From NCBI GenBank assembly GCA_024704765.1, contig JAKMXF010000313.1:217450-281449 (forward strand): a DNA stretch of 64,000 bases, given 5' to 3'. The notes beneath the pieces were generated by a model. That model was not told the DNA's origin and did no database searches. It saw only the letters and a list, made by a program, of their open reading frames with translations. Positions 1 to 11,327 of this stretch are shown here, piece by piece. The stretch is from Oopsacas minuta (lineage: Eukaryota; Animalia; Porifera). Positions within the stretch are counted from its first letter, which is position 1. Each line of letters starts with the position of its first letter. The translations under genes and the position numbers were made by a program.

Positions 1-768
1 AAATAGGTCCAATGATGCCTCTCGCCCCAATAGCAGCCCACACGGTGCATCTTTCGGAATGTAATGGCTTCTGAACTATCTCTGAAGGCTTCTGAGTACC
101 CCAAAATACATTGTTCTTACTATTGACCCGCCCATCCAGCTCAAAATGAGCCTCATCCGAGGTGAAGAGAAGCCCAAGGAATGAGTCATAACTTTCAACT
201 TTTGCGACCAATTTCTCAGCCATAGCTACCCTCTTGACCTTATCTACATTTGATAGCTTCTGGCCAGTTTGTATTCTATAGGGGAAAAAGGACAAATCTT
301 GTTTCAAGACTCTCCAGAGGGTGGTATGGGTGATACCAAGAGACTGGCTCCTCTTCCGGATTGACCTTTTTGGGCTGTTTCCAACTGCCTCCCTGACATC
401 ATCAATAACTTCCGCAGTTCTCTTCCTAGGTCTCCCAGAATGAGTTGGACGCTTGGAATCCTTTGTATTTAGGTTTAGCACGGTCCCATAAAGCCCTAAA
501 ATGGCTAACCCAGGATTGAATCACACTCTTATAGGGCGAGGAAGCTGCCTCAAACTTTGCATGAAATAACTCATTGACCGTCGTAAACGACCCATGTTTG
601 AAGTAGAATTCGACACAGAATATGCGGTGTTCCAACTTCCAATTTGGCATGGATGTATTCACAGGAGTTGTTTCTGCCATATAGTGAAGAGAAAATATTG
701 CTATAATAGAATACCTGTACATAGAGAGAAAAAGATGTAACTAGGGCCTAATTTTTTGAAACACCCGG
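1..768 (-). mobile_element. Tc1/mariner-superfamily DNA transposon, left end and 5' part of the transposase (runs off the window start); one visible frameshift
   Basis: Minus strand begins TA|CCGGGTGTTTCAAAAAATTAGG (TA at 769-770). ATG at 650 gives MPNWKLEHRIFCVEFYFKHGSF..., an HTH N-terminus. After a frameshift near 495 it reads SGRPRKRTAEVIDDVREAVGNSPKRSIRKRSQSLGITHTTLWRVLKQDL...LFTSDEAHFELDGRVNSKNNVFWG...LHSERCTVWAAIGARGIIGP, which contains the first catalytic D (SDEAHF). Confidence 0.9.
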
Positions 769-825
769 TATATTCAATTTAATCAATACTTTTATAATTA
801 TAAGTATCTAGCATATTCTAACTTT

Positions 826-2584
826 ATGGCATCGTCAAGAAGAAAATGTTCTAATGATCCTAATACGTTCTGTTACATGTGGTGAATATACGTTGAAAGA
901 TCAGAGAAGAGGTATCTCAGACTTCGTGCGAAAGGCATACTTTGCTTACTTTGAGGTAAAGCTTGGAGACCAAGACAGCTCTTCATTATCTGGTCAATTC
1001 AATCAGGAAGGACTCAATGATCTAATCAGGGACCTCAACCTGTCTAAAGAGTGTTCAGAAATTTTACATCCAGGCTCAACGAGAAGGATATTCTTAGCGC
1101 TGGAACTAAGATAACATATTATCGTCATAGAGAAGAAGGATTACTTCATTACTTTAACCAACAAGAAGGCCTCGTCTTCTGCAATGACATTGGAGAACTT
1201 CTGCTGGAAATGGGAGTACCACAATATAGGCCAGAAGATTGGCGTCTATTCATTATAGTTCCAAGAGAAGCTTGAAGTGCGTTTTATTGCATAATGGAAA
1301 TAAATATGCATCTATTCCAATTGGACATTCAACAAAGCTTAAGGTGGAGTATGAAAATATTTAAATGGTATTGCGAAAATTGAAATATCATGAACACCAG
1401 TGGTTGATATGTGTTGATCTCAAGATGGTAAACTTTCTACTTGGCCAACAAGGTGGATACACTAAGTACCTTTGTTTTATATGTTTATAGGACAGCAGAC
1501 CCCGCAAAGATCATTGGGTGAATAAAGTATGGCCCTTGAGAACTGATCTAACAGTTGGAGAAAGCAAACATTCTGTATGGACCATTGGTTCCTAGAGAAA
1601 AAATCATTCTTCCACCCCTCCACAACCAGTTGGGTTTTTAATTAAGCAGTTAGTAACATCTCTAAATAAAGACGGCCCCTGTTTCAAGTACATTTGCAGA
1701 TCATTCCCAGCAATGAGCAATGAAAAACTGAAAGCAGGGATCTTTGATGGTCCTCAGATCGGCAGTCTCATAAGAAACTCTGGTTTCGTCCAATCCATGA
1801 TTAATTTAGAATCTTCTGCGAGGTCTGCATTTGTTTTGGTAGTCAATAACTTCTTGGGTAATAATAAAGCTAACAACTACATAGACTTAGTCAATGACAT
1901 GCTTTACAAATTTAAAGATTTAGATGTTAACATGAACATCAAGGTTCACTATCTATTTAGCCACCTGGATCTTTTCCCTGAAAACCTTGAGGATTTAAGT
2001 GAGGAACAGGGGGAAAGGTTTCATCAGGACATCAAGGTCATTGAAGAGAGATATCAAGGCAGGTGGGAAACCCACATGATGGCAGATTACTGTTGGAGCC
2101 TCCAGCGAGATTGCCCTCTGATATCCCATAACAGAAAATCAAATAAGAGACGATTTGTAGATGTTCTTCAATAAACTAGTTTAGTATTCTTTTTAATATT
2201 ATTACTTTTAACCGATTAGTTGTTTTGGCAATGATCAATGTATTTCATACGGAGTAGCTGTAATGATAAAATTATATTTCCCAAATTTTCGGTTTTGCTG
2301 TTAATAATTACATTCAAAAACTACAAATTTCAATAATTCAAATTTACACTTGGAAGCATAAAAAGTTGAATGTCACCACTGAAACACCATGACACTATTA
2401 ATGTGAAGAAATTTATGTGTAGTATATCTTCACTATTTTTATACTTATCACGCCAAATTTAACATTAGGTATCGCAAAAACTAGAGCCAATTCGGATAAC
2501 CCGATACCATCTTCAGATTCCCCGAGGTAATATACATAGAAAAGGATCTAACTTCTTAGGCAACAAATTGTTTGTTGCCCAGTG
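826..2584 (+). mobile_element. Chapaev-type (CMC/Chapaev3-like) transposon relic: internally deleted, frameshifted transposase plus right terminus
   Basis: ATG 826 gives MASSRRKCSNDPNTFCY, then in another frame CGEYTL...AYFAYFEVKLGDQD (Cys-rich Chapaev N-terminus). Fragments follow: LNDLIRDLNLSKE, WRLFI, VLLHNGNKYASIPIGHST, KAGIFDGPQ, KVHYLFSHLD, SEEQGERFHQDIK, MMADYCWSL. The right end reads ...TTTGTTGCCCAGTG (2584) followed by TTA. Family assignment is from recalled motif patterns. Confidence 0.75.
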
Positions 2585-3097
2585 TTAGTGTTATTAATGT
2601 TAATTTCGTGTATTATTTGCACACTAAAATATCAATTTTATACAATTTTCATAAGGTTTATTAACTCCTAACGTAATTCTCATAATTCGTGCTACAACTA
2701 CACTGACTAGCGACAATGTATATTCACGGGGTTCACCTGCATAAGTCAGGGCCGGCAGAGCCGGTACGGTAGGTCCAGCCTTGGCCGAACCAATAATTAA
2801 ATAAAATGCTCCATAGATTTTGCTATTCCCTTACTTACTGCTGCCCTGATGGACCAATATTTTCTGCTTCCGCGTTAATATCGTTAATATGAACACGGAT
2901 AACACATATTATTGGTTAAGGAGTACATATCTATAAATTGGGCAACGGACTTATAACGGAAGGTAATTGGTCAGTTTATGATTTTACAGTTAAGTTAAAA
3001 GTTAAATCGTTGATGAAAATTTAAATTCATTCATTAACGATTAATGGATTAACGGTTTAATGCCCAGCTTTGCACAAGACCTAAGTTGAAAACTCGA

Positions 3098-3718
3098 ATG
3101 GCAGAAAATGTAATTATACAGGAAGGGATTCCAATAGTGAGTGATCCTTTAGAGCAATTCAAAGATTGGTACATTAACGCCAAAGCTCATCCAGAAATAA
3201 TAAGTGCAGAATCATTCTGTTTATCTACTTCATCTCTGAATGGACTCCCCTCCAGCAGAATGTTACTCATGGCGCAATTATCGAAAGATGGGTTATCTTT
3301 CTTGACGGGAAGTCGGAGTCAGAAGGGGAAAGATTTAAAAGAGAATCCTTTTGCTTCATGTTGCTTCTTTTGGGAACCTGTCTACCAACAAGTAAAAATT
3401 CAAGGAAGGGTAGAAATAAGCAATGAATTAAGCGATCTATTTTGGGATGATGTACCGAGAGAACTCCAATTGAGTGCAGCTACATGGACACAAGGTGAAC
3501 TGGTTAGCACGAGGCAAGCTTTTGTAGAGAAGAGAAATGAGTTAGTTGAGAAATTCTATAACAAACCTGTTCCTAGACCTGCGGATAATTTAGCTTATAC
3601 CCTCAAACCTACACAGTTCGAATTCTATCAATCGAATGCTTTGAAGATACCTGATCTGATCCAGTACAAGTGGGATGAGGAGAAGAAAATATGGTCTGCG
3701 ATTAGATTGGGAATTTAG
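3098..3718 (+). CDS. Pyridoxamine 5'-phosphate oxidase (PNPOx/PdxH)-fold FMN-binding protein, 206 aa, single exon, active-site residues strongly diverged
   Basis: Collinear with PNPO/PdxH: DPLEQFKDW, LSTSSLNGLPSSRMLL, SQKGKDLKENPFASCCFFWEP, QQVKIQGRV, PVPRP, EFYQ, W..IRL C-terminus. First ATG is at 3098. Confidence 0.8.
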   Translation: MAENVIIQEGIPIVSDPLEQFKDWYINAKAHPEIISAESFCLSTSSLNGLPSSRMLLMAQLSKDGLSFLTGSRSQKGKDLKENPFASCCFFWEPVYQQVKIQGRVEISNELSDLFWDDVPRELQLSAATWTQGELVSTRQAFVEKRNELVEKFYNKPVPRPADNLAYTLKPTQFEFYQSNALKIPDLIQYKWDEEKKIWSAIRLGI

Positions 3719-4267
3719 AACAATGCAAATAACGTCTATATTATCATTATAGCTGTAGGTACCGTTAATAGCCTGGGTATTATTGATTTCAAGCCCCCGA
3801 GAGAAGGAAGTAGTGATTTTTGTAAACACTTTAATTCTATATAATCATGCCCATGTGCTTACATTTACGTCTTTATCCTAGCAAAATAGATAAATCCAAA
3901 ATACAGTATAGTCTAGTTAATACTTACACCAGGGGACTGCCAAAAATTCGTACTCCTTATCCAGAGTATGTGTTATTCCATAATTTACATTGAAAAAGCA
4001 TTGAATGGGACTGATACAATGTACAAATTTGTACTCCTTATCCGGAGTTACGTCTTAACCGTGTACGTATTAAAGAGGCTCTACTGTATTGGGGAAATGA
4101 CGATTCACTATAAGCAATTATTAGTTTTAGGGGCCTCAGGGGCGATTATTCGAGGTAATACGGTATTTGGCAGTAGAATTATTTGAACTAATAATAATAT
4201 TTTCAAACACTTTTTGGGATTTAAAAAATAGTACATCTTAAGAGTGTACGTCTTATCCGAGTTCTAC

Positions 4268-4271
<4 letters not shown>

Positions 4272-4306
<35 letters not shown>
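4272..4306. repeat. (TG)n microsatellite
   Basis: Perfect TG run directly preceding the dispersed repeat that starts TTCGCTCTCC. Confidence 0.97.
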
Positions 4307-4307
<1 letters not shown>

Positions 4308-4570
4308 CGCTCTCCCGTCCACATCTTTAGAGATTAACACACTGGCATGTATACTGGTTGTGACATCTAGTTGTGCATATCTGGCATTTGAGATTTTCTA
4401 GTGTATTTTTCACACATTTTAGGTGATTAATCATATTTTCAGACATTTCTATGTAAAATTCAAAAGCATGCTAGATATTAGGTTTCAACATGTTATCATG
4501 GGCTCAACAGACATATAGGGGTGATTAAGTATGCTGAATCCGAATTTCGCATTTTCAAGTATCTCATAGC
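4307..4570 (+). repeat. Dispersed non-autonomous repeat segment (related copies at about 5163-5290 and 26037-26330; inverted at about 24040-24270)
   Basis: Shared blocks TTCGCTCTCC..CACA.CTTTAGAGATTAA..GTGACATCTAGTT..GACATTTGAGATTTT and ..GGTTTCAACATGTTATCATGGGC..GACATATAGG.GTGATT..GCTGAATC.GAATTTCGCATTTTCAAG. Confidence 0.8.
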
Positions 4571-4615
4571 ACAGATAGTGATTTCAGATTTTACTGTACC
4601 GACTATTATATAGAC

Positions 4616-5097
4616 CAAGCTTGTCCAACCTACGGCCCGCCAACATGCTCGGGAACTGTTACCAGTTGGTGGCGATATTTAATTTCCTATTTTATCGCAA
4701 CACGCCCTTAGGTTCCTTTCCTTATTTGGCAGCACGTATTGCTGTGAACAGCTTTTCTCAATGATGAAAAATGTTAAAAGCAAGTCTAGATCACTCCTGA
4801 CAGACACTCATCTATCAGGAATATTACGGATTGCGACATCAAGTGTACGAGCAGATATTGACTCTTTGTGTAAACAAAAACAAATTCAGATATCCCATTA
4901 GATATGTTCTTTATCATTAAAGTTTACTATAATTTAATAAAACATATAGTGATTTTTCAATTCTGAAATAATTCGTATTAACGCCATCCCCAAATAAATA
5001 ACATCATGCTACCTTGATATATCCAATGTCGTGCGGCCCTCAAGTAGTTAAAGAAGCCCTTATTTGGCCCGCGAACAAAAAAGGTTGGACAAGCCTG
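4616..5097 (+). mobile_element. Internally deleted hAT element (Buster/SPIN/GTF2IRD2-like), 482 bp
   Basis: TIRs CAAGCTTGTCCAACCT / AGGTTGGACAAGCCTG. 8-bp TSD ATATAGAC (4608-4615) / ACATAGAC (5098-5105). Retains the transposase C-terminal dimerisation remnant FSMMKNVKSKSRSLLTDTHLSGILRIATSSVRADIDSLCKQKQIQISH*. Confidence 0.88.
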
Positions 5098-5656
5098 ACA
5101 TAGACAGTAGCGCAGTTCTAAAATGGTTGACATAGTATATTAGTATATATGTATATTTATGTTTTCGCTCTGCTGTTCACACCTTTAGAGATTAAGACAC
5201 CAAATTTAGCATGTATACTATACTCATAGTGACATCTAGTTCTGCACCTGACATTTGAAAAATTTCTAATGTGTATATTTTCACACCTTTTGACTCCTAT
5301 TTTGCTCAATCAGATTGTGGGCACATTGGTTCATGGTTGGAAATAGGCGGGAAAATTCTTCTCATCAATTTAGCAATTTTCGAAGTATAGGAAGGATCCC
5401 GAAAAACTAAAAACCTCATTTTACCAGACAGAACTTAAGATTTATTCCATTACTATTTGTCTGTAATAATATGTGTAAAATTTAGCTCCCGAAAGTTCCG
5501 CAAGTTTAATTTTTGAGCTGAATTCCATTCTATACTTTGTGTTACGTTGCTAGGAAACGCTTCTATAATATAATTTTCTGAAACAAGATATTCATAAATA
5601 AACTCCATACTGGATTTTAAGATGAAATGACATAAAGTATATTGTGTATAACGGTG

Positions 5657-7506
5657 ATGAAAACTAAACCTAAGGCTCTTCTATCATTCACCAACAAGCA
5701 ACAGCGAGCTAGATTGGAATCGTTGCTCGACTGCGTTAAAATAATTGCTGAAAATGAAGGTACTTCTCTATCGTTATTGCATCCCTGGCATTACAATTAC
5801 TGGCCAATGCAGATGATAAACGTCAAATTGCTCAAGTTGCAAAATCACTCGCTTGTGAAGAAAACTACAGTTACCAAATACCAAAGAGGTTCCGACTGAC
5901 TGTTCCTTGTTTGCTCTGGACCTTCCACATATTGATACAAGAAATACACTAAACATTGTCAGTTGTTGCTTCCTAATGGCATCAATTTCCCTTCATATAA
6001 GAGAATTGCTGACTTTAGGGATTTCATTAATCCTACGATCTCTCATTAAATTGTACTCGGACCCCAAACCGATTGGTGTATACACTTCCTACATCATTTT
6101 TGTCAAGCAAACAATTGAACGAATTATTTCATCACTCAATCCGTCTTCTGTTTGTGATGTCCCGCTCACTTTCAAAATAGCTGATGGACTAGACGGATCA
6201 GGGAGTCACGTAATTTATAATAAGGAATCCAAACAGAAACTCAAAACTACATACTGTTTTGCTTTAAACCAATATAAATTACTACAAATTCAGGTAATGT
6301 AATCTGGAAAAATGATATCCTGAATTCTCCGTTTTCCCAAAGGCCGATTTTTCTTTGTGCTGCAAGAGAGTCTGAAGAAAATATCAGAATATTCATGAAT
6401 GAACTAATCAATCAACACACAGAAGTCACACGGGAGCAGGGTTTAAATCTGAATAACTGTCATGTCAACTGTCACGGTAGAAATCTTCGTTCTATGTTTG
6501 ATGGTAAGATGGCAGCTATTTTATCCGGCGCAGGTGGAGCTAGTTGCCAATATGCACGGCTACACATTCAGATATTAAGGACCTTGAGCTCATTATTGAA
6601 GGGTTTCCTATGAACAGGAATATAACTGATGCAATCGAGATGTTTGGTGAAATTGAAGATATTGAGGCCTTTTTTGCTCTTCCATCTGGCCAACGCTTTA
6701 ACCGGACGCATCAGCTGATATTAACTTATTGACATTCATTCCGCTTCTCCCCTCCACACATATACTTGTGTTATGCAGTGGTTCAATTTACTCGTCTACC
6801 ACTTAGAATCCAGACTAACTAAATTGTATCCAACATTAACAGAAATAAAAACTTCTATGAGATTTGCCAGAACATTGGTTCAGAAACATACTGGGTTGAA
6901 TATTAACCAGCCAGACTCAAGGGGTGGTACAACGTCAACTAGATATGTTGCAAGACTAGTATTCTCAAATGAATCCAAATTAATTGACATATTTTGAATT
7001 GTAGTTGATGAACAGCATAGAAATGCACTTAAGGAAGTACATGCACAGTTAGCATCAATTATACGAATATGTAACTCAGACAGCAAAGTGAATACAGAAA
7101 ACTCGGATCGTTGTGAAGACAAACCTATATATTCATTCTGGACGCCTTCCCATGGGCCGGCATTACTCCAACACTTCATAAACTTCTGGCCCATGCAGAA
7201 GAATTGATACGCGAATGTATTTCTGGGTGTGGGCTGAAATGTGTATCTGAAGAAGGTGTAGAGTCATGCAATAAATTTGTCAGAAGGTATAGGCAATGTT
7301 TATCGCGTAAAAATAGTTTCGAAGCAGATGTTATTTTTGTCAAACTTGAATCAGAGAGTTATTCAGGAATGGTCATTTATAGAAAACATTCAGTGTGCGA
7401 AAGATGGGGTGAATCTGGTCACACAAGAAGAACGAAATGCTGCGAGGCAGAAATGCAATGCAACTCTGAGATTAAGAGTCTTTTAAATTCCATAATTTGT
7501 GCTTAA
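5657..7506 (+). pseudogene. RAG1-like (RAG1L/Transib superfamily) transposase pseudogene, several frameshifts
   Basis: Joined frames follow the RAG1 core in order: KPKALLSFTNKQQRARL (NBD-like); PLTFKIADGLDGSG (D, 6192); NSPFSQRPIFLCAARESEEN; SMFDGKMAAILSGAGGASCQ.C (D, 6500, and Zn Cys); SPLHTY; ITPTLHKLLAHAEELI (Zn His); SEEGVESCNKFVRRYRQCLSRK (E, 7261); C-terminal VCERWGESGHTRRTKCC. Confidence 0.85.
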
Positions 7507-7548
7507 GTAACTGATTAGTAAGTTAAAATGAATGAAGTGTTATGAATA

Positions 7549-10356
7549 GGATGTACCATTAACTTGGCAAAAGAATTCATTTATTTTGGCAACTGAACTG
7601 AAAATTGAATTATTTTGGCAAACAAAGCAATTAATTTGGCAAATGTTTAAAATTATACGCTCTATAAGTTGGTATCATTTCAACATTTCCCTTTGTAGAG
7701 TGTGGATTCATATACTCAGTCCAGAATGTTAAAAATGTATAGAAACATTATTTACATTAGTAACTTCTAGGTTGGGTTCTAAACAGTCAATAATTACTAG
7801 CAAGTAATTCTGAAATAGAAAATATGGTTAATTACTAGATATTGTTCTACATTAACAAATCCTCGCTAATAGTGTCTCTCTAAGGTAACGCTCCTAATCG
7901 AATGAACAACAATTCCCTCTTTTGGGCCTGCCTGGCTTTTTCTTTCGCTGATTTTACGAAAGTAGTTACACTTAGGTGAGCGTCCATTTTCTCATTCAAT
8001 AATCCATAAGCGATAACATGAGAACATGCTTTGTAGTGCATATAGCTGGGACAAGTGCAGGAATACTGAACTTTGTATCTACAAGATTCATCTAAGGATT
8101 CTGTAATGACATAGAAACCTTCTCTTTCTAAAATAAAGGAGTCAAGATCCGTATATTGATCCACATGCAGAGACGCAGATTTATATTTCCTAAATAAGTC
8201 GGTAACTTCTTGTACATATTCTTCCGAAGAAAAGTATAAAAGTTGTAACCTTCTACATAGGATGACAAATTGCTTTCGAGAGGAACAGGAGCACTATAGG
8301 AATAAAGCAAAAAAGACTCGATTAATATAATGTTTTGAATTTGAAAGAGTAAAGGGTTTGGCAAGTTATTAGGTAGCTAGTATGGATAAGACCTTGAATC
8401 GATTTTTGTTGTAAACTATCCAATCTCCAAATTACTTCATCCGCTTCCTGTTGTTGCGCTGTAACTTCCGTCCAGCTAGTCTGGATTTGGTGAACATCCA
8501 TATAATGCATATTCTGCTGGTGAGTGTGGCACATTGCCTTCTCTAGCAAGTAGCAATACTTGCTTTTTGAATGATATAACCTTTCCATAAGTATATCCTA
8601 TAGAATGTTAAAATAGTCAAGAGAACCAACGAATAAACTTCGTAGTTAGATTAAGGATTGAGTACACATTATTGATGTACTAACCTTTCTGCGAGGAGTT
8701 GTGCCAATGATTCTTCTAAAGATAATCCTTGTAAATCGTCTAATGGAGATGTTTCTGCTGGAAATATGCCATCAGACTCACTTGAAGCTAACTTTTCAAA
8801 TGCTCTTTGGAAAAATCCTCTAATACGGCTGAGGACATGCTTGGGAGGATCACAATCTAGATCCAGTGGATGTGATGGAAGACTTCTCGACTCCAATTTG
8901 CTTTGTGATGAAATAAATTTAATCGCTTCCTTCAGATACAATATATCACCATGTGTGGTTTGCATGAGTGTTCTCTTAAAGGTGTGGAAAAATTTTTCTT
9001 GAGAATTATTATCAGTTGGGATACCCGGACCAACTTTACCACGTAACCAGCCATCTTTGTTTGGGGACCATATTCTGAGAGGAAGCTCTTCATGGAATTC
9101 GGGCAGGTATTTGAGTATTTATTTGCCCATAACTTCAATCCGATTGTAGATTCAGTGTAGGTTGGTAATTTCTATATAAAGATAATGAGACAGTATAATT
9201 ATTATGTAACTAGTATTTTAACAAGTTTGGAGGCTGTCCAAATGAATCACCTAGAAATATAATTATTGATGATCACTACCTGAATTCTGTGTAAGTATTC
9301 AAGCATTGGTTTTAGATTAGCCTTTATGATTCCATCCTTCTTAACCCAGGTAGCTTTTAAACATTTACTTCTGTAAGCTAAATGGAAATAACAATTTCCT
9401 AAGATCAATTGCGGACTTGAAATTCTTCCCTTATAGCAGCGAAAATAGCATCATCATTATCATTCATGCTGCGAGTAAGAGTCTCTTTTCGTTTAATTTG
9501 AATCTTATGCACATTTTCATTTAATGACCGGAACATATTTAGATATTCTTTTGCTGTTTCATGCCTAGCAAATACAATACAGCCCAGATGATAGACTAAT
9601 TGACAGTCAACTGACTAAAAGGAAAAATATAGTTTAAAATTACTTCGTGATCACGTAAATGCTACATCAACTGGAAAGTATTATCACAACATACCCACAT
9701 GCTAAAGTGTTCAATCTTGATTTACTCATTCTATGAGTTGTATCAGAGTTGATGAACTTATTGAGAACTGACATATTTTTCAGCATATTCATGTGTTGAA
9801 TCGTTAAGAAAAGTTCCCCTTTGTCATTATATATTTCTTCCGGTTTTTGACGAACAAATACTTGTGAATGATCTTGGTATTTAGAGACTTCGTCGCACAT
9901 CGCTTGACGAGAGTCTTCCACATGTACACTAAATATATTAGATTTGTTGTTTTGTTTAAAATGGCGAATCTTGATAATATCGTCAGGTACGAACGTCAGA
10001 TCAGGTCTTTGGTTTACCATAATATCAAATATCTTTCTAGGTAGAGTGTAGGGGTTTGATTTTAGTATTTCTAAACACAGTTGCTTCTTTTCATAAGACA
10101 ATCCTTTATTAAGCAACTCTACTTTTTGATTACATTCATCATGTTTGTGGTGACCGAATAAGCAAACCTTGTACTCAGTACCATATTTTTCGATTTTGGC
10201 CTTTATTGAGCAATCAGGATATATAGTCCTGCTGAATTTGCAATAATACAGCTCATAATCTGCTTTCATCACCCTCCATTAATATGTGCATTGCCAAATT
10301 GATTGCTTTTGTTTGCCAAAATAATTGAATTCAGTTGGCTAGATAATATTACATTC
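7549..10356 (-). mobile_element. Full-length Mutator-like (MULE) DNA transposon, 2808 bp, degraded transposase with C-terminal SWIM finger
   Basis: 10-bp TSD GTTATGAATA at 7539-7548 and 10357-10366. Imperfect TIRs GGATGTACCATTAACTTGGCAAAAGAATTCATTTATTTTGGC vs GAATGTAATATTATCTAGCCAACTGAATTCAATTATTTTGGC. Minus-strand fragments: C..C..H.H N-terminus (ORF 9667-10272), NSDTTH (D), MNDNDDAIFAAI..CYFH (D), PTDNNSQEKFFHTFK (E), CTCPSYMHYKACSH (SWIM, ORF 7880-8164). Confidence 0.88.
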
Positions 10357-10484
10357 GTTATGAATAAATTAAAAAGTTAGATTTCGGAAAAAAATAAATG
10401 ACGTCATAATTTGTGAAATGAAGCCATAAGAAATTTTAGCTGCACCAATAGATTCATGATGCTTGATTGCCTATAGGTGCTTAA

Positions 10485-11165
10485 TCTATATTATTAAATC
10501 TCAATGATTGTTTGCCTGTTTGTTTGTCCGTTGTCAAGGAAAGGATTTACGGTATGCAATTTGAAATGTCGCATAACTATGTATTTATCGTGTTTATCAA
10601 GGAAGTAAATACAATTCAATGAAACTAAACTAAATATATCGAACATGCGGAATCCGATTTTCAAACTTTTGGATTAATCATATGTAAATTTATTGTTGTT
10701 TTTATGAATATAAAGTAAACAAATTAGCCAAATCTCAAAATATACGTACAGGCTTGCTCTAAACGGTTACCCAGGGATAATTATGTACGCTGTACTAGAA
10801 TTTCGCATTTTTCAAGTTTCTCATATGTAAATTTATTGTTGTTTTTATGAATATAAAGTAAACAAATTTCAAAATTGTTGTAGAAACATGCTTTCTACGA
10901 CTATCCTGAGGTATTCGAGTATACTGAGTCCGATTATGGTAAATAACATCAATATTATTAAATCTCAATTGTTGTTTTGTCTGTTTGTTTGTCCGTTGAA
11001 TACCTCGAGGCGCAATGCGCCGAGTTCATCGCGGAGCAAAGAGCCAAAGGCTCGTACATTATATATCGCTATCGTACACCTAAATGCCGATTCCCTGCCA
11101 ATTGCGGTTTTAATATTACAATGTGCAGCACTCCCCCTGCTGCCCAGTTGTAGCGCCCTGTATAA
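10485..11165 (+). mobile_element. Helitron-like non-autonomous element(s), 5' end; member of the most abundant repeat family in the window
   Basis: Begins A|TCTATATTATTAAA...GTTTGTTTGTCCG, typical of a Helitron 5' end. The core CATATGTAAATTTATTGTTGTTTTTATGAATATAAAGTAAACAAAT occurs twice here and again near 16570, 18350, 26280, 26400, 39740, 46490, 46760 and 53770. Classification is an inference. Confidence 0.55.
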
Positions 11166-11327
11166 CGGATAGATGCTAAATCTCACAGGAAATCCTTGAG
11201 TCTCATACATTTAAATTAACCATCCTCCTGCAGCTCTCAATGTGAAAATCTTAAGGATTTTTTGGCTCATTATTCAAGATGTGGTAACCTTATAAATATA
11301 TACAGTATTAGTTTAAACTTTTATTCT

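Noticed and set aside
11238-11244. CAATGTG as the right TIR of the RAG1-like element (exact inverse of CACATTG at 5322)
   Set aside because: The match does not extend beyond 7 bp and the 5-bp flanks (GTGGG vs AAAAT) are not a TSD.
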